A DNA stretch of 64,000 nt from NCBI RefSeq assembly GCF_024502345.1, contig NZ_JALDNN010000001.1, one strand, 5' to 3'. Position 1 is the stretch's first letter. The number at the start of each line of letters is the position of its first letter. This DNA is from Escherichia coli (GTDB lineage Bacteria > Pseudomonadota > Gammaproteobacteria > Enterobacterales > Enterobacteriaceae). A program made the position numbers and the translations under genes. The notes below the pieces were generated by a model that was not told where the DNA came from, made no database searches, and saw only the letters and a program-made list of their open reading frames with translations. This document shows, piece by piece, positions 43,362 to 53,433 of this stretch.

Positions 43362-44759
43362 ATTTTTACCCGAGTCGCTAATTTTTGCCGCAAGGTGCTA
43401 AGCCGCGAGGAAAGCGAGGCTGAACAGGCAGTCGCCCGTCCACAGGTGACGGTGATCCCGCGTGAGCAGCATGCTATTTCCCGCAAAGATATCAGTGAAA
43501 ATGCCCTGAAGGTAATGTACAGGCTCAACAAAGCGGGATACGAAGCCTGGCTGGTTGGCGGCGGCGTGCGCGACCTGTTACTTGGCAAAAAGCCGAAAGA
43601 TTTTGACGTAACCACTAACGCCACGCCTGAGCAGGTGCGCAAACTGTTCCGTAACTGCCGCCTGGTGGGTCGCCGTTTCCGTCTGGCTCATGTAATGTTT
43701 GGCCCGGAGATTATCGAAGTTGCGACCTTCCGTGGACACCACGAAGGTAACGTCAGCGACCGCACGACCTCCCAACGCGGGCAAAACGGCATGTTGCTGC
43801 GCGACAACATTTTCGGCTCCATCGAAGAAGACGCCCAGCGCCGCGATTTCACTATCAACAGCCTCTATTACAGCGTAGCGGATTTTACCGTCCGTGATTA
43901 CGTTGGCGGTATGAAGGATCTGAAGGACGGCGTTATCCGTCTGATTGGTAACCCGGAAACGCGCTACCGTGAAGATCCGGTACGTATGCTGCGCGCGGTA
44001 CGTTTTGCCGCCAAATTGGGTATGCGCATCAGCCCGGAAACCGCAGAACCGATCCCTCGCCTCGCTACCCTGTTGAACGATATCCCACCGGCACGCCTGT
44101 TTGAAGAATCGCTTAAACTGCTACAAGCGGGCTACGGTTACGATACCTATAAGCTGTTGTGTGAATATCATCTGTTCCAGCCGCTGTTCCCGACCATTAC
44201 CCGCTACTTCACGGAAAATGGCGACAGCCCGATGGAGCGGATCATTGAACAGGTGCTGAAGAATACCGATACGCGTATCCATAACGATATGCGCGTGAAC
44301 CCGGCGTTCCTGTTTGCCGCCATGTTCTGGTACCCACTGCTGGAGACGGCACAGAAGATTGCCCAGGAAAGCGGCCTGACCTATCACGACGCTTTCGCGC
44401 TGGCGATGAACGACGTGCTGGACGAAGCCTGCCGTTCACTGGCAATCCCGAAACGTCTGACGACGTTAACCCGCGATATCTGGCAGTTGCAGTTGCGTAT
44501 GTCCCGTCGTCAGGGTAAACGCGCATGGAAACTGCTGGAGCATCCTAAGTTCCGTGCGGCTTATGACCTGTTGGCCTTGCGAGCTGAAGTTGAACGTAAC
44601 GCTGAACTGCAGCGTCTGGTGAAATGGTGGGGTGAGTTCCAGGTTTCCGCGCCACCAGATCAAAAAGGGATGCTTAACGAGTTGGATGAAGAGCCGTCAC
44701 CGCGTCGCCGTACTCGTCGTCCACGCAAACGCGCACCGCGTCGTGAGGGTACCGCATGA
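43362..44759 (+). CDS. pcnB: poly(A) polymerase I, AUU (ATT) initiation codon
   Basis: 465-aa product if initiation is at ATT 43362..43364 ([11 protein letters not shown]…), the start reported for K-12 pcnB; the ORF track begins at an upstream TTG (43341); stop overlaps the folK start by 4 nt. Confidence 0.88.
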   Translation: MFTRVANFCRKVLSREESEAEQAVARPQVTVIPREQHAISRKDISENALKVMYRLNKAGYEAWLVGGGVRDLLLGKKPKDFDVTTNATPEQVRKLFRNCRLVGRRFRLAHVMFGPEIIEVATFRGHHEGNVSDRTTSQRGQNGMLLRDNIFGSIEEDAQRRDFTINSLYYSVADFTVRDYVGGMKDLKDGVIRLIGNPETRYREDPVRMLRAVRFAAKLGMRISPETAEPIPRLATLLNDIPPARLFEESLKLLQAGYGYDTYKLLCEYHLFQPLFPTITRYFTENGDSPMERIIEQVLKNTDTRIHNDMRVNPAFLFAAMFWYPLLETAQKIAQESGLTYHDAFALAMNDVLDEACRSLAIPKRLTTLTRDIWQLQLRMSRRQGKRAWKLLEHPKFRAAYDLLALRAEVERNAELQRLVKWWGEFQVSAPPDQKGMLNELDEEPSPRRRTRRPRKRAPRREGTA

Positions 44760-45238
44760 CAGTTGCGTATATTGCCATAGGCAGCAATCTGGCCTCTCCG
44801 CTGGAGCAGGTCAATGCTGCCCTGAAAGCATTAGGCGATATCCCTGAAAGCCACATTCTTACCGTTTCTTCGTTTTACCGCACCCCACCGCTGGGGCCGC
44901 AAGATCAACCCGATTACTTAAACGCAGCCGTGGCGCTGGAAACAACACTTGCGCCTGAAGAATTACTTAATCACACACAGCAAATAGAGTTGCAGCAAGG
45001 TCGCGTTCGTAAAGCAGAACGCTGGGGACCGCGCATACTCGATCTTGATATCATGTTGTTTGGTAATGAAACCATTAATACCGAACGACTCACCGTCCCG
45101 CATTACGATATGAAGAATCGCGGCTTTATGCTGTGGCCGCTGTTTGAGATTGCCCCGGAACTCGTGTTTCCTGATGGGGAGACATTACGTGAAATACTCA
45201 CTTCGCTAGCAGTACTACAACCTGCCATCTGGTATTAG
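44756..45238 (+). CDS. folK: 6-hydroxymethyl-7,8-dihydropterin pyrophosphokinase FolK, variant C-terminus
   Basis: 160-aa ORF matching HPPK through about residue 140 (…[13 protein letters not shown]) and then diverging from the K-12 tail as recalled. Confidence 0.9.
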   Translation: MTVAYIAIGSNLASPLEQVNAALKALGDIPESHILTVSSFYRTPPLGPQDQPDYLNAAVALETTLAPEELLNHTQQIELQQGRVRKAERWGPRILDLDIMLFGNETINTERLTVPHYDMKNRGFMLWPLFEIAPELVFPDGETLREILTSLAVLQPAIWY

Positions 45239-45519
45239 CTGTATTATTTTATTTTCTTATCTTACTCCTCACTTCCCCTCTTACAGATTAAATATACTTA
45301 ATTTACATTTTAGTTTTTTTTAATTAATTCATGAAATAGCACTTCATGCAAATAGATTAGGCATTTTTTGTTTAAAAAACCTAGAATAACAACAATTCAA
45401 TACACCACGTAAATATATTCACACAAGTGATACCTCTCCCCCTATTACATCCTTCCCCGACTTTAAGTAATATCCGCTCGCAATATTAATTTCGTATAAT
45501 TTTTGTAAGGATGCATGTA

Positions 45520-46116
45520 ATGAAAAAAGCACTTCTCGCAGCCGCTTTAGTAATGGCTTCTGGTTCCGCCTTGGCTGTAGATGGTGGTCATATCGACTTT
45601 AACGGTATGGTACAGTCCGGTACCTGTAAAGTGGGTGTGGTAGATACCGGTATGCACAGCGTTACCACTGATGGCGTGGTTACCCTGGATACTGCGAATG
45701 TTACTGATACTTTTACTGAAGTAAGTGCAACTGCTGTTGGTTTACTGCCGAAAGAGTTCATGATTTCTGTTGAGTGTGATCCAGGTGCTCCGAAGAATGC
45801 TGAGTTGACTATGGGTTCTGCAAGCTACGCGAACACCAGCGGTACCCTGAATAACAATATGAACATCACTGTTAACGGTATTGCACCGGCTCAGAACGTG
45901 AACATTGCAGTTCATAACATGAAAAACAAAGCTGGCGCTGCTGAAATTAAGCAGGTCCATATGAACAACTCTTCTGAAGTTCAGGAACTGACATTAGACG
46001 CAGAAGGTAAAGGTCAGTACGTGTTTAACGCATCTTACGTTAAAGCACCGAACAGCCCGGCTGTTACTGCTGGTCATGTAACCACTAACGCACTGTACAC
46101 CATTGCTTATAAATAA
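45520..46116 (+). CDS. yadN: fimbrial major subunit (YadN-like, chaperone-usher pilin)
   Basis: 199-aa product from the ATG at 45520 (signal peptide MKKALLAAALVMASGSALA; an SD-like TAAGG lies 9 nt upstream); C-terminal pilin strand …YTIAYK; first gene of the operon. Confidence 0.8.
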   Translation: MKKALLAAALVMASGSALAVDGGHIDFNGMVQSGTCKVGVVDTGMHSVTTDGVVTLDTANVTDTFTEVSATAVGLLPKEFMISVECDPGAPKNAELTMGSASYANTSGTLNNNMNITVNGIAPAQNVNIAVHNMKNKAGAAEIKQVHMNNSSEVQELTLDAEGKGQYVFNASYVKAPNSPAVTAGHVTTNALYTIAYK

Positions 46117-46202
46117 TTAATGGTGTGTTGAGCATAAGGTTTGCCGCCAGGCAGACCTTATTTTCGCTAATTTAATCTTTCTACAGACAGCAAGGAGTGC
46201 TT

Positions 46203-46928
46203 ATGTTTCCCTTGGTTAAAAAAACGGTTAGTGCATTATTTGTAAGTACTCTGTTAGCCAGTGCGCCTGCATTCGCTGACATTATTATTTCCGGAACTCG
46301 TATCATTTATAACGCTGATAAAAAAGATGTTAACGTTCGTCTGGAAAATAAAGGGAATCGCCCCTTACTGATTCAGAACTGGTTGGATACTGGCGACGAC
46401 AATGCCGATCCCAGCCAGATCAAAGTGCCATTTACCTCTACGCCGCCTGTTTCACGCGTTGAGCCAAAACGCGGTCAAACCGTAAAAGTGATGTACACCG
46501 GTGCAACAGCCCTGCCTAAAGACCGGGAAAGTGTCTACTGGTTTAACGTGCTGGAAGTGCCGCCTAAGCCGAAAGATGCTGAGTCTGACAAAAACTTATT
46601 ACAATTGGCTTTCCGCACACGCATCAAACTCTTTTATCGCCCGAGCGGTTTACAGGGAGAACCGGCTGAAGCACCGGCGAAAATCACCTGGAAATTAAAC
46701 AACGCTCAGTTACAGGCAAATAACCCAACGCCATATTACGTGTCCTTTAATGAGGTCAAGCTGGAAAGTGGCGGCAAAACCTACAACGTCAATTCCAGCA
46801 TGGTCGCGCCGTTCAGCCAGGCAAGCTTTCGCGTAACCGGTCTACCAGGAAGCGTTTCATCCGGGAAAGTGATCTTTAAAGCGATCAACGACTTTGGCGG
46901 CAACATCGATGGTTCCGCAACATTGTAA
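46203..46928 (+). CDS. yadV: fimbrial periplasmic chaperone (PapD-like; EcpD/YadV-like)
   Basis: ATG at 46203 preceded by AAGGAG at 5-nt spacing; PapD-like chaperone sequence with the conserved block WFNVLEVPPKP…LLQLAFRTRIKLFYRP. Confidence 0.85.
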   Translation: MFPLVKKTVSALFVSTLLASAPAFADIIISGTRIIYNADKKDVNVRLENKGNRPLLIQNWLDTGDDNADPSQIKVPFTSTPPVSRVEPKRGQTVKVMYTGATALPKDRESVYWFNVLEVPPKPKDAESDKNLLQLAFRTRIKLFYRPSGLQGEPAEAPAKITWKLNNAQLQANNPTPYYVSFNEVKLESGGKTYNVNSSMVAPFSQASFRVTGLPGSVSSGKVIFKAINDFGGNIDGSATL

Positions 46929-46969
46929 AAAATAAACGGATTCTTTTTAACATCGCCAGGAATGCAACC

Positions 46970-49570
46970 TTGTACCAGTTTACTCATCAAATAAGCCGTA
47001 TCCCGAAAAAAACGCTACTTGCGGCCTGTTGTGCCCTGTTTTATAGCAGCAACGGTGCTGCGGCAGACACGGTGGAATATGACAGTTCCTTCTTAATGGG
47101 AACTGGCGCATCAACGATTGATGTTAAACGTTATGCTCAAGGCAACCCGACACCCCCGGGCCTCTATAATGTCCGCGTGTTTGTAAACGGTCAGGCGACG
47201 TCCAGCTTAGAAATTCCGTTTGTGGATATTGGCGAAGCCAGCGCAGCGGCCTGTATTACCCACAAAAACCTGGCGCAACTCCACATAAAGCAACCTGAAC
47301 AGCCTGTCACTTTACTCGCCAGAGAAGGTGAAGAAGAGGATTGTCTGGATTTGGCAAAGTCATACGAAAAGGCGGATGTGCGCTTTGACGGCAGTGACCA
47401 GTTTCTCGATCTGACTATTCCTCAGGCCTATGTTCTGAAAAACTACGGTGGTTATGTCGACCCCTCACTGTGGGAGTCAGGGATTAACGCTGCCACACTG
47501 GCATATACCCTGAACGCCTATCATACAAGTTCAAATAACGACAATAGTGACAGCGCCTATGGCGCATTTAACTCAGGTATCAATTTAGGAGCCTGGCACT
47601 TCCGTGCGCGCGGTAACTATAACTGGACAACAGATAACGGCAGCGATTTCGATTTCCAGGATCGTTACTTACAGCGTGACATTCCGGCAATCCGTTCACA
47701 GATAATTATGGGTGATGCCTATACCACCGGTGAAACATTTGACTCTGTCAACGTCCGCGGCGTTCGCCTGTACAGCGATAGCCGTATGCTGCCTTCGGCG
47801 CTGGCCAGTTACGCTCCGACCATCCGCGGTGTAGCAAACTCCAACGCCAAAGTCACCGTGACGCAAAGCGGTTATAAAATCTATGAAACCACCGTACCAC
47901 CCGGTGAATTTGTTATAGACGACATTAGCCCCTCCGGCTTTGGTAGCGAACTGGTCGTGACCATTGAAGAAGCGGATGGTTCCAAACGCACCTTTACGCA
48001 ACCCTTCTCGTCGGTTGTACAAATGCAACGTCCTGGTGTGGGCCGTTGGGATTTCAGCGCGGGTAAAGTCATTGATGACAGTCTGCGATCCGAACCCAAT
48101 ATGGGACAAGCCTCTTATTACTATGGTCTGAATAACCTCTTCACGGGTTATACCGGTATTCAGTTCACCGATAATAACTATCTTGCCGGGCTGTTAGGTG
48201 TGGGTATCAACACCAGCATCGGTGCCTTTGCGGTAGACGTTACCCATTCCCGTGCTGAAATTCCGGATGATAAAACCTACCAGGGGCAAAGTTATCGCGT
48301 GACCTGGAACAAATTATTCCAGGATACCGGGACATCATTTAACCTCGCGGCGTACCGCTATTCCACCCAAGATTACCTGGGCCTGCATGATGCGTTAGTC
48401 CTCATTGACGACGCCAAACATTTGTCTGCCGATGAAGACAAAAACACCATGCAGACGTACTCACGTATGAAAAACCAGTTTACCGTCAGCATCAACCAGC
48501 CGCTGAAAACGACTTACGAAGATTACGGTTCACTGTTTATTTCTGGTAGCTGGACGGATTACTGGGCGGCGAACAATAGCCGCACTGAATATAATGTTGG
48601 TTACAGTAAAAGCGTTTCGTGGGGCAGTTTCAGCGTCAACCTGCAACGTAGCTGGAATGAAGACGGCGAGAAAGATGACGCGATGTACGTCAGCGTTAGC
48701 GTACCTATTGAGAATATTTTAGGTGGCAAACGTAAGTCTTCTGGTTTCCGCAATTTAAATACTCAGCTCAATACCGATTTCGATGGTTCACATCAGTTGA
48801 ATGTTAACAGTTCCGGTAACACTGAAAACAATCTGGTGAACTACAGTGTCAACGCAGGTTATAGCCTCGATAAAAACTCCGGCGATTTAGCCTCTGTTGG
48901 TGGTTATCTCAACTATGAATCAGGGTTAGGCGGTATTTCCGCTTCGGCCTCGGCCACTTCGGATAACAGCCAACAGTACTCCATCTCCACCGATGGAGGC
49001 TTTGTATTACACAGTGGTGGTTTAACGTTCACTAACAACAGTTTCAGCAGTAACGACACGCTGGTGTTAATCAACGCCCCAGGTGCTAAAGGCGCACGAA
49101 TCAATAACAGTAATAACGAAATCGATCGCTGGGGATATGCCGTGACGTCCTCTGTCAGCCCCTACCGTGAAAACCGGGTAGGTCTGAACATTGAAACACT
49201 GGAAAACGATGTTGAACTGAAAAGTACCAGCGCCACCACCGTACCACGTAGCGGCTCCGTTGTTTTGACCCGGTTCGAAACTGACGAGGGGCGTTCTGTC
49301 GTGCTGAATATTACTGCCGCCAATGGCAAATCTATTCCGTTTGCTGCGGAGGTTTACCAGGATGACGTGATGATCGGCAGCATGGGCCAGGGTGGTCAGG
49401 CATTTGTGCGCGGTATTAACGACAGCGGGGAATTAATCGTGCGTTGGTATGAAAACAACCAAACCATTGACTGTAAGTTGCACTACCAGTTCCCGGCCCA
49501 GCCACAAACGCTGGGAAGTACCAACACCTTATTACTTAATAATCTTACCTGTCAGGTAGCAAATCACTAA
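46970..49570 (+). CDS. htrE: fimbrial outer membrane usher (HtrE-like)
   Basis: 866-aa ORF, TTG start, usher-family length and sequence blocks (…RMLPSALASYAPTIRGVANSNAKVTVTQSGYKIYETTVPPG…). Confidence 0.88.
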   Translation: MYQFTHQISRIPKKTLLAACCALFYSSNGAAADTVEYDSSFLMGTGASTIDVKRYAQGNPTPPGLYNVRVFVNGQATSSLEIPFVDIGEASAAACITHKNLAQLHIKQPEQPVTLLAREGEEEDCLDLAKSYEKADVRFDGSDQFLDLTIPQAYVLKNYGGYVDPSLWESGINAATLAYTLNAYHTSSNNDNSDSAYGAFNSGINLGAWHFRARGNYNWTTDNGSDFDFQDRYLQRDIPAIRSQIIMGDAYTTGETFDSVNVRGVRLYSDSRMLPSALASYAPTIRGVANSNAKVTVTQSGYKIYETTVPPGEFVIDDISPSGFGSELVVTIEEADGSKRTFTQPFSSVVQMQRPGVGRWDFSAGKVIDDSLRSEPNMGQASYYYGLNNLFTGYTGIQFTDNNYLAGLLGVGINTSIGAFAVDVTHSRAEIPDDKTYQGQSYRVTWNKLFQDTGTSFNLAAYRYSTQDYLGLHDALVLIDDAKHLSADEDKNTMQTYSRMKNQFTVSINQPLKTTYEDYGSLFISGSWTDYWAANNSRTEYNVGYSKSVSWGSFSVNLQRSWNEDGEKDDAMYVSVSVPIENILGGKRKSSGFRNLNTQLNTDFDGSHQLNVNSSGNTENNLVNYSVNAGYSLDKNSGDLASVGGYLNYESGLGGISASASATSDNSQQYSISTDGGFVLHSGGLTFTNNSFSSNDTLVLINAPGAKGARINNSNNEIDRWGYAVTSSVSPYRENRVGLNIETLENDVELKSTSATTVPRSGSVVLTRFETDEGRSVVLNITAANGKSIPFAAEVYQDDVMIGSMGQGGQAFVRGINDSGELIVRWYENNQTIDCKLHYQFPAQPQTLGSTNTLLLNNLTCQVANH

Positions 49571-49571
49571 T

Positions 49572-50132
49572 ATGGAAAATTCTATGAAAAGGATACTACT
49601 AACATCCGCGTTAATAGGCCTGGGTTTACCGGCGGTTGGCTCTGCAACAGATCTTAATGTCGATTTTACGGCCACCGTATTAGCCACCACCTGCACGATA
49701 ACTATCGTACAAGATGGTGGCCCAGTAGTGACGGGTAGTAACGGTGAATATAGCCTGACAATTCCCGATGTTGGCCTGGATAAAGTTATAACTGGAGATG
49801 TTGCAGCTCAAGCCAACTTTAAATTACTGGCTTCCGATTGCAGCAATGGTTACTCAAAGATTTTTACCACACTTACAGGTGCATCTGTTTCAGGTAAGTT
49901 GATTGTCAATGAAGCAAGCTCTGGCGCTACTGGTGTGGGTATGGGGATTAAGCGTAGAGATACCGCAGACTCAACTTTCTTTACACCCAATAATACTGAC
50001 AAATTTGAATGGACCACCGATGAGAAAGCTAACGGTGTGCCTCTAACCGTAGCACTGCGCGAAACAACGGCGGGAGCAGGACGCACCGGTGCGTTTCAGG
50101 CAAAAGCCACCTTTAACTTCACCTACGAATAA
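49572..50132 (+). CDS. yadM: fimbrial minor subunit (YadM-like)
   Basis: 186-aa ORF with signal peptide, a Cys pair and C-terminal …ATFNFTYE pilin donor-strand motif; second ATG at 49584 possible. Confidence 0.78.
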   Translation: MENSMKRILLTSALIGLGLPAVGSATDLNVDFTATVLATTCTITIVQDGGPVVTGSNGEYSLTIPDVGLDKVITGDVAAQANFKLLASDCSNGYSKIFTTLTGASVSGKLIVNEASSGATGVGMGIKRRDTADSTFFTPNNTDKFEWTTDEKANGVPLTVALRETTAGAGRTGAFQAKATFNFTYE

Positions 50133-50146
50133 CAGGGACAGCCACC

Positions 50147-50758
50147 ATGAAATTAAAAGTCATCGCTACACTGATTGCCACTGTTGCCGTGGGTGCCAGC
50201 GTTAGCAACAATCTCGCTTATGCGGGTACGACATCCGCCTCTTTAACCGTAAACAGTAACCTGACTATGGGTACCTGTAGTGCGAAGATACTGGATACCA
50301 GTGATACCGTGACCGATACCGTTGCCTTTAACAATGTTTATATTTCTGAACTGGCAGCCAAAAGCAAGGTACAACCATTTAAAATCCGTTTCAGCGATTG
50401 CGCCGGTCTTCCAGGAAAAAGTGCTCAACTCGTATTGGCACCCAAAGGTATCGGTTGCGCTGGCGGCATGTCTAACACTGCCGGCTTTGCAAATAAACTT
50501 AACTCCACCACCGAAGGTGGTTCAAGCGGAGCAGCTGTCGAAGTATGGACGACTACGACCCCCGGGGGAAGTGGCAGTAAGCAATTCAGTTGCATTCAGC
50601 GAAACGTCGTCAATGTCGATCTTTCTAATGCCAGCACAACACAGCCTTATGATTTCGATTTAAGCGCGCGGATGATTCTCGCTGAAGGGAGAACGGTTAA
50701 TGATGCATTACCGGGTAGTTTCCTCTCTCCTACGACTTTCACAATCACTTATCAGTAA
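50147..50758 (+). CDS. yadL: fimbrial minor subunit (YadL-like)
   Basis: 203-aa ORF with signal peptide and C-terminal …TTFTITYQ. Confidence 0.78.
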   Translation: MKLKVIATLIATVAVGASVSNNLAYAGTTSASLTVNSNLTMGTCSAKILDTSDTVTDTVAFNNVYISELAAKSKVQPFKIRFSDCAGLPGKSAQLVLAPKGIGCAGGMSNTAGFANKLNSTTEGGSSGAAVEVWTTTTPGGSGSKQFSCIQRNVVNVDLSNASTTQPYDFDLSARMILAEGRTVNDALPGSFLSPTTFTITYQ

Positions 50759-50778
50759 TAGCGGATAAGGATATTAGA

Positions 50779-51369
50779 ATGCTATGCAGGCATCATAAAT
50801 TTGTACGCTTTTTGGGGCTGGTAACAGCCCTCGTTACGCCTTTTGCCTATGCTGGCCAGGATGTGAATCTCACCGCGCAGATTGTGGCCAGTACCTGTCA
50901 GGTTGAAGTCAGTAATAATGGCGTTGTCGATCTCGGCACAGTGACGCTGGACTATTTTGCTGACAATGTGACCCCGACAACGGATTATGCGGGTGGCAAA
51001 ACGTTTAATGTTAATGTGGTCTCTTGCGATAACATTCAAACGACACAGTCGCAAATGAAATTAGATTTTCAGCCGCAGGCGGGATCGCTTGCGCAGGTGA
51101 ATAATCAAATTTTTAGTAATGAATATGAACAGCAGGCTACCGGGGCGAAAAACGTCGGCATTGTGATATTTTCGGCCCAGCCGAATCAGCAGACATTTAA
51201 CGTGCGAGGAACGGATGGTTCCTCAACAGCAATTTATTCGGTCGCGCCTGGCAACGCTGCTCCCTCAACCTGGACCTTTTATTCCCGTATGCAACGGGTG
51301 AATAATGCCCTTCCTCCTGAATCGGGAATGGTGAGAAGCCAGGTTATTGTTAATGTATCTTATGAATAA
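50779..51369 (+). CDS. yadK: fimbrial minor subunit (YadK-like)
   Basis: 196-aa ORF; SD-like TAAGGA 7 nt upstream; C-terminal …VIVNVSYE. Confidence 0.78.
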   Translation: MLCRHHKFVRFLGLVTALVTPFAYAGQDVNLTAQIVASTCQVEVSNNGVVDLGTVTLDYFADNVTPTTDYAGGKTFNVNVVSCDNIQTTQSQMKLDFQPQAGSLAQVNNQIFSNEYEQQATGAKNVGIVIFSAQPNQQTFNVRGTDGSSTAIYSVAPGNAAPSTWTFYSRMQRVNNALPPESGMVRSQVIVNVSYE

Positions 51370-51380
51370 TAAGGATAATT

Positions 51381-52493
51381 ATGCAAAGGAAAGGCAATAA
51401 ACTGTTAATTCAGTTATGCAGTGCGATACTGCTATTTTTTACCACATCCTGGTATGCATTGGCGACTGAATGTTATATAGAGAGCAATGCTGCAGGGGCT
51501 TATGATATTGTTATAAACCCAACTCCCTTCAGTATACAGTCAGCGATGGTCACAGTCCCGGAGGAAATATCTTTCGCGGCCTCGGATGTTCATATTGACC
51601 TTCGAGGGGATAAGATTGGCTGTAAATCCTTAGGTAGTAACACAAGCGCGGTACATTTTCTTAATACTGCTGATGCCAGTAACATATCTACCTACACTGA
51701 CAGTCACGGTAATGGTTTATTGAAAACAACCGTTACGGGTATTGTTTATTCAGTAGAATTACAATGTAGAAATTGTGGAGCCGCGGAGGATCTTAGTTTG
51801 ATGCTTCCAGCACAAAGCGGTGGAGATAATCATACAAGCAACTCTGATACAAAGTGGGCCTATGAGTATAGTGACGATAGCTGGTATTTACGATTTCGTT
51901 TTTTCTGGACCCCGGAATATAAACCCCAAAATGGGGTTTCAGAAGGATTTGCGATACCAGGTAAAATAGCCTCCTGGTATATAGGCAATGAGAATCAACC
52001 ATGGATAAATTTTTTCGTTGATACAAGCTCCCTGCATTTTTACGTGGAGGAACCCACCTGTCAAACAGTTGCCCTGGCACAAGATCAGGGTAATGTCAGC
52101 GGCAACCAGGTAACGCTTGGGAACAACTATGTTTCGGAAGTGAAAAATGGGCTTACGCGGGAAATTCCTTTTGCCATCCGCGCTGAATACTGTTATGCCA
52201 GTAAGATTACGGTTAAGTTGAAAGCGGCAAATAAGCCCAGCGACGCCACTCTGGTAGGTAAAACAACGGGCTCTGCTTCAGGCGTGGCTGTAAAAGTGCA
52301 TTCAACTTACGAAGACAGCAAAGTATTGTTAAAAGCAGATGGTAGCAACACGGTTGACTACAACTTCGCAATCTGGTCAAACAACCTGCTGAATTTGCCC
52401 TTTACGGCACAGTTGGTACCGGATGGCAGTGGTAATGCAGTCGGTGTTGGAACATTTTCAGGAAACGCGACCTTCTCCTTTACCTACGAATAA
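51381..52493 (+). CDS. yadC: fimbrial tip adhesin (YadC-like, two-domain)
   Basis: 370-aa ORF: N-terminal Cys-containing putative receptor-binding domain plus C-terminal pilin domain ending …ATFSFTYE; last gene of the operon. Confidence 0.75.
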   Translation: MQRKGNKLLIQLCSAILLFFTTSWYALATECYIESNAAGAYDIVINPTPFSIQSAMVTVPEEISFAASDVHIDLRGDKIGCKSLGSNTSAVHFLNTADASNISTYTDSHGNGLLKTTVTGIVYSVELQCRNCGAAEDLSLMLPAQSGGDNHTSNSDTKWAYEYSDDSWYLRFRFFWTPEYKPQNGVSEGFAIPGKIASWYIGNENQPWINFFVDTSSLHFYVEEPTCQTVALAQDQGNVSGNQVTLGNNYVSEVKNGLTREIPFAIRAEYCYASKITVKLKAANKPSDATLVGKTTGSASGVAVKVHSTYEDSKVLLKADGSNTVDYNFAIWSNNLLNLPFTAQLVPDGSGNAVGVGTFSGNATFSFTYE

Positions 52494-52516
52494 GTAAAAC
52501 GTCATTCCCTCCTCAT

Positions 52517-52550
52517 CGCACCAGAGTTCTGCTCTGGTGCGAACGTTTTC
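52517..52550 (+). terminator. putative terminator after the fimbrial operon
   Basis: Hairpin CGCACCAGAG-ttct-GCTCTGGTGCG followed by AACGTTTTC. Confidence 0.45.
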
Positions 52551-52627
52551 CCCCACGAAAAGCCATTGCCCCCTTGTTTTCGGCTGTTAGAATGCGATCA
52601 ATCTGACTTTAGCCATCAGGATACGTT

Positions 52628-53422
52628 ATGAAACCGACCACTATTGCTTCACTACAGAAATATAAGCAGGAAAAAAAACGCTTCGCCACCATCACCGCCT
52701 ATGACTACAGCTTCGCCAAACTGTTTGCTGATGAAGGGCTGAATGTGATGCTGGTGGGCGACTCGCTGGGCATGACGGTTCAGGGGCACGACTCCACCCT
52801 GCCAGTTACCGTTGCTGATATCGCCTACCACACTGCCGCCGTACGTCGCGGCGCACCAAACTGCCTGTTGTTGGCTGACCTGCCGTTTATGGCGTATGCC
52901 ACGCCGGAACAAGCCTTTGAAAACGCCGCAACGGTTATGCGTGCCGGTGCTAACATGGTCAAAATTGAAGGCGGTGAGTGGCTGGTCGAAACCGTAAAAA
53001 TGTTGACCGAACGTGCCGTTCCTGTATGTGGTCACTTAGGTTTAACCCCACAGTCAGTGAATATTTTCGGTGGCTACAAAGTTCAGGGGCGCGGCGATGA
53101 AGCGAGCGATCGACTGCTTAGCGATGCATTAGCCTTAGAAGCCGCTGGTGCACAGTTGCTGGTGCTGGAGTGCGTGCCGGTTGAACTGGCAAAACGTATT
53201 ACCGAAGCACTGGCGATCCCGGTGATTGGCATTGGCGCAGGTAACGTCACCGACGGACAAATTCTTGTGATGCATGACGCCTTTGGTATTACAGGCGGTC
53301 ACATCCCTAAATTTGCCAAAAATTTCCTCGCAGAAACGGGCGACATCCGCGCGGCGGTGCGGCAGTATATGGCTGAAGTGGAGTCCGGCGTTTACCCGGG
53401 CGAAGAACACAGTTTCCATTAA
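52628..53422 (+). CDS. panB: 3-methyl-2-oxobutanoate hydroxymethyltransferase PanB
   Basis: 264-aa ORF starting [33 protein letters not shown]. Confidence 0.97.
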   Translation: MKPTTIASLQKYKQEKKRFATITAYDYSFAKLFADEGLNVMLVGDSLGMTVQGHDSTLPVTVADIAYHTAAVRRGAPNCLLLADLPFMAYATPEQAFENAATVMRAGANMVKIEGGEWLVETVKMLTERAVPVCGHLGLTPQSVNIFGGYKVQGRGDEASDRLLSDALALEAAGAQLLVLECVPVELAKRITEALAIPVIGIGAGNVTDGQILVMHDAFGITGGHIPKFAKNFLAETGDIRAAVRQYMAEVESGVYPGEEHSFH

Positions 53423-53433
53423 GGAGTAACGTT

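Noticed and set aside
45239-45519. Invertible phase-variation switch upstream of the fimbrial operon
   Set aside because: No flanking inverted repeats and no adjacent recombinase gene; the region is simply AT-rich
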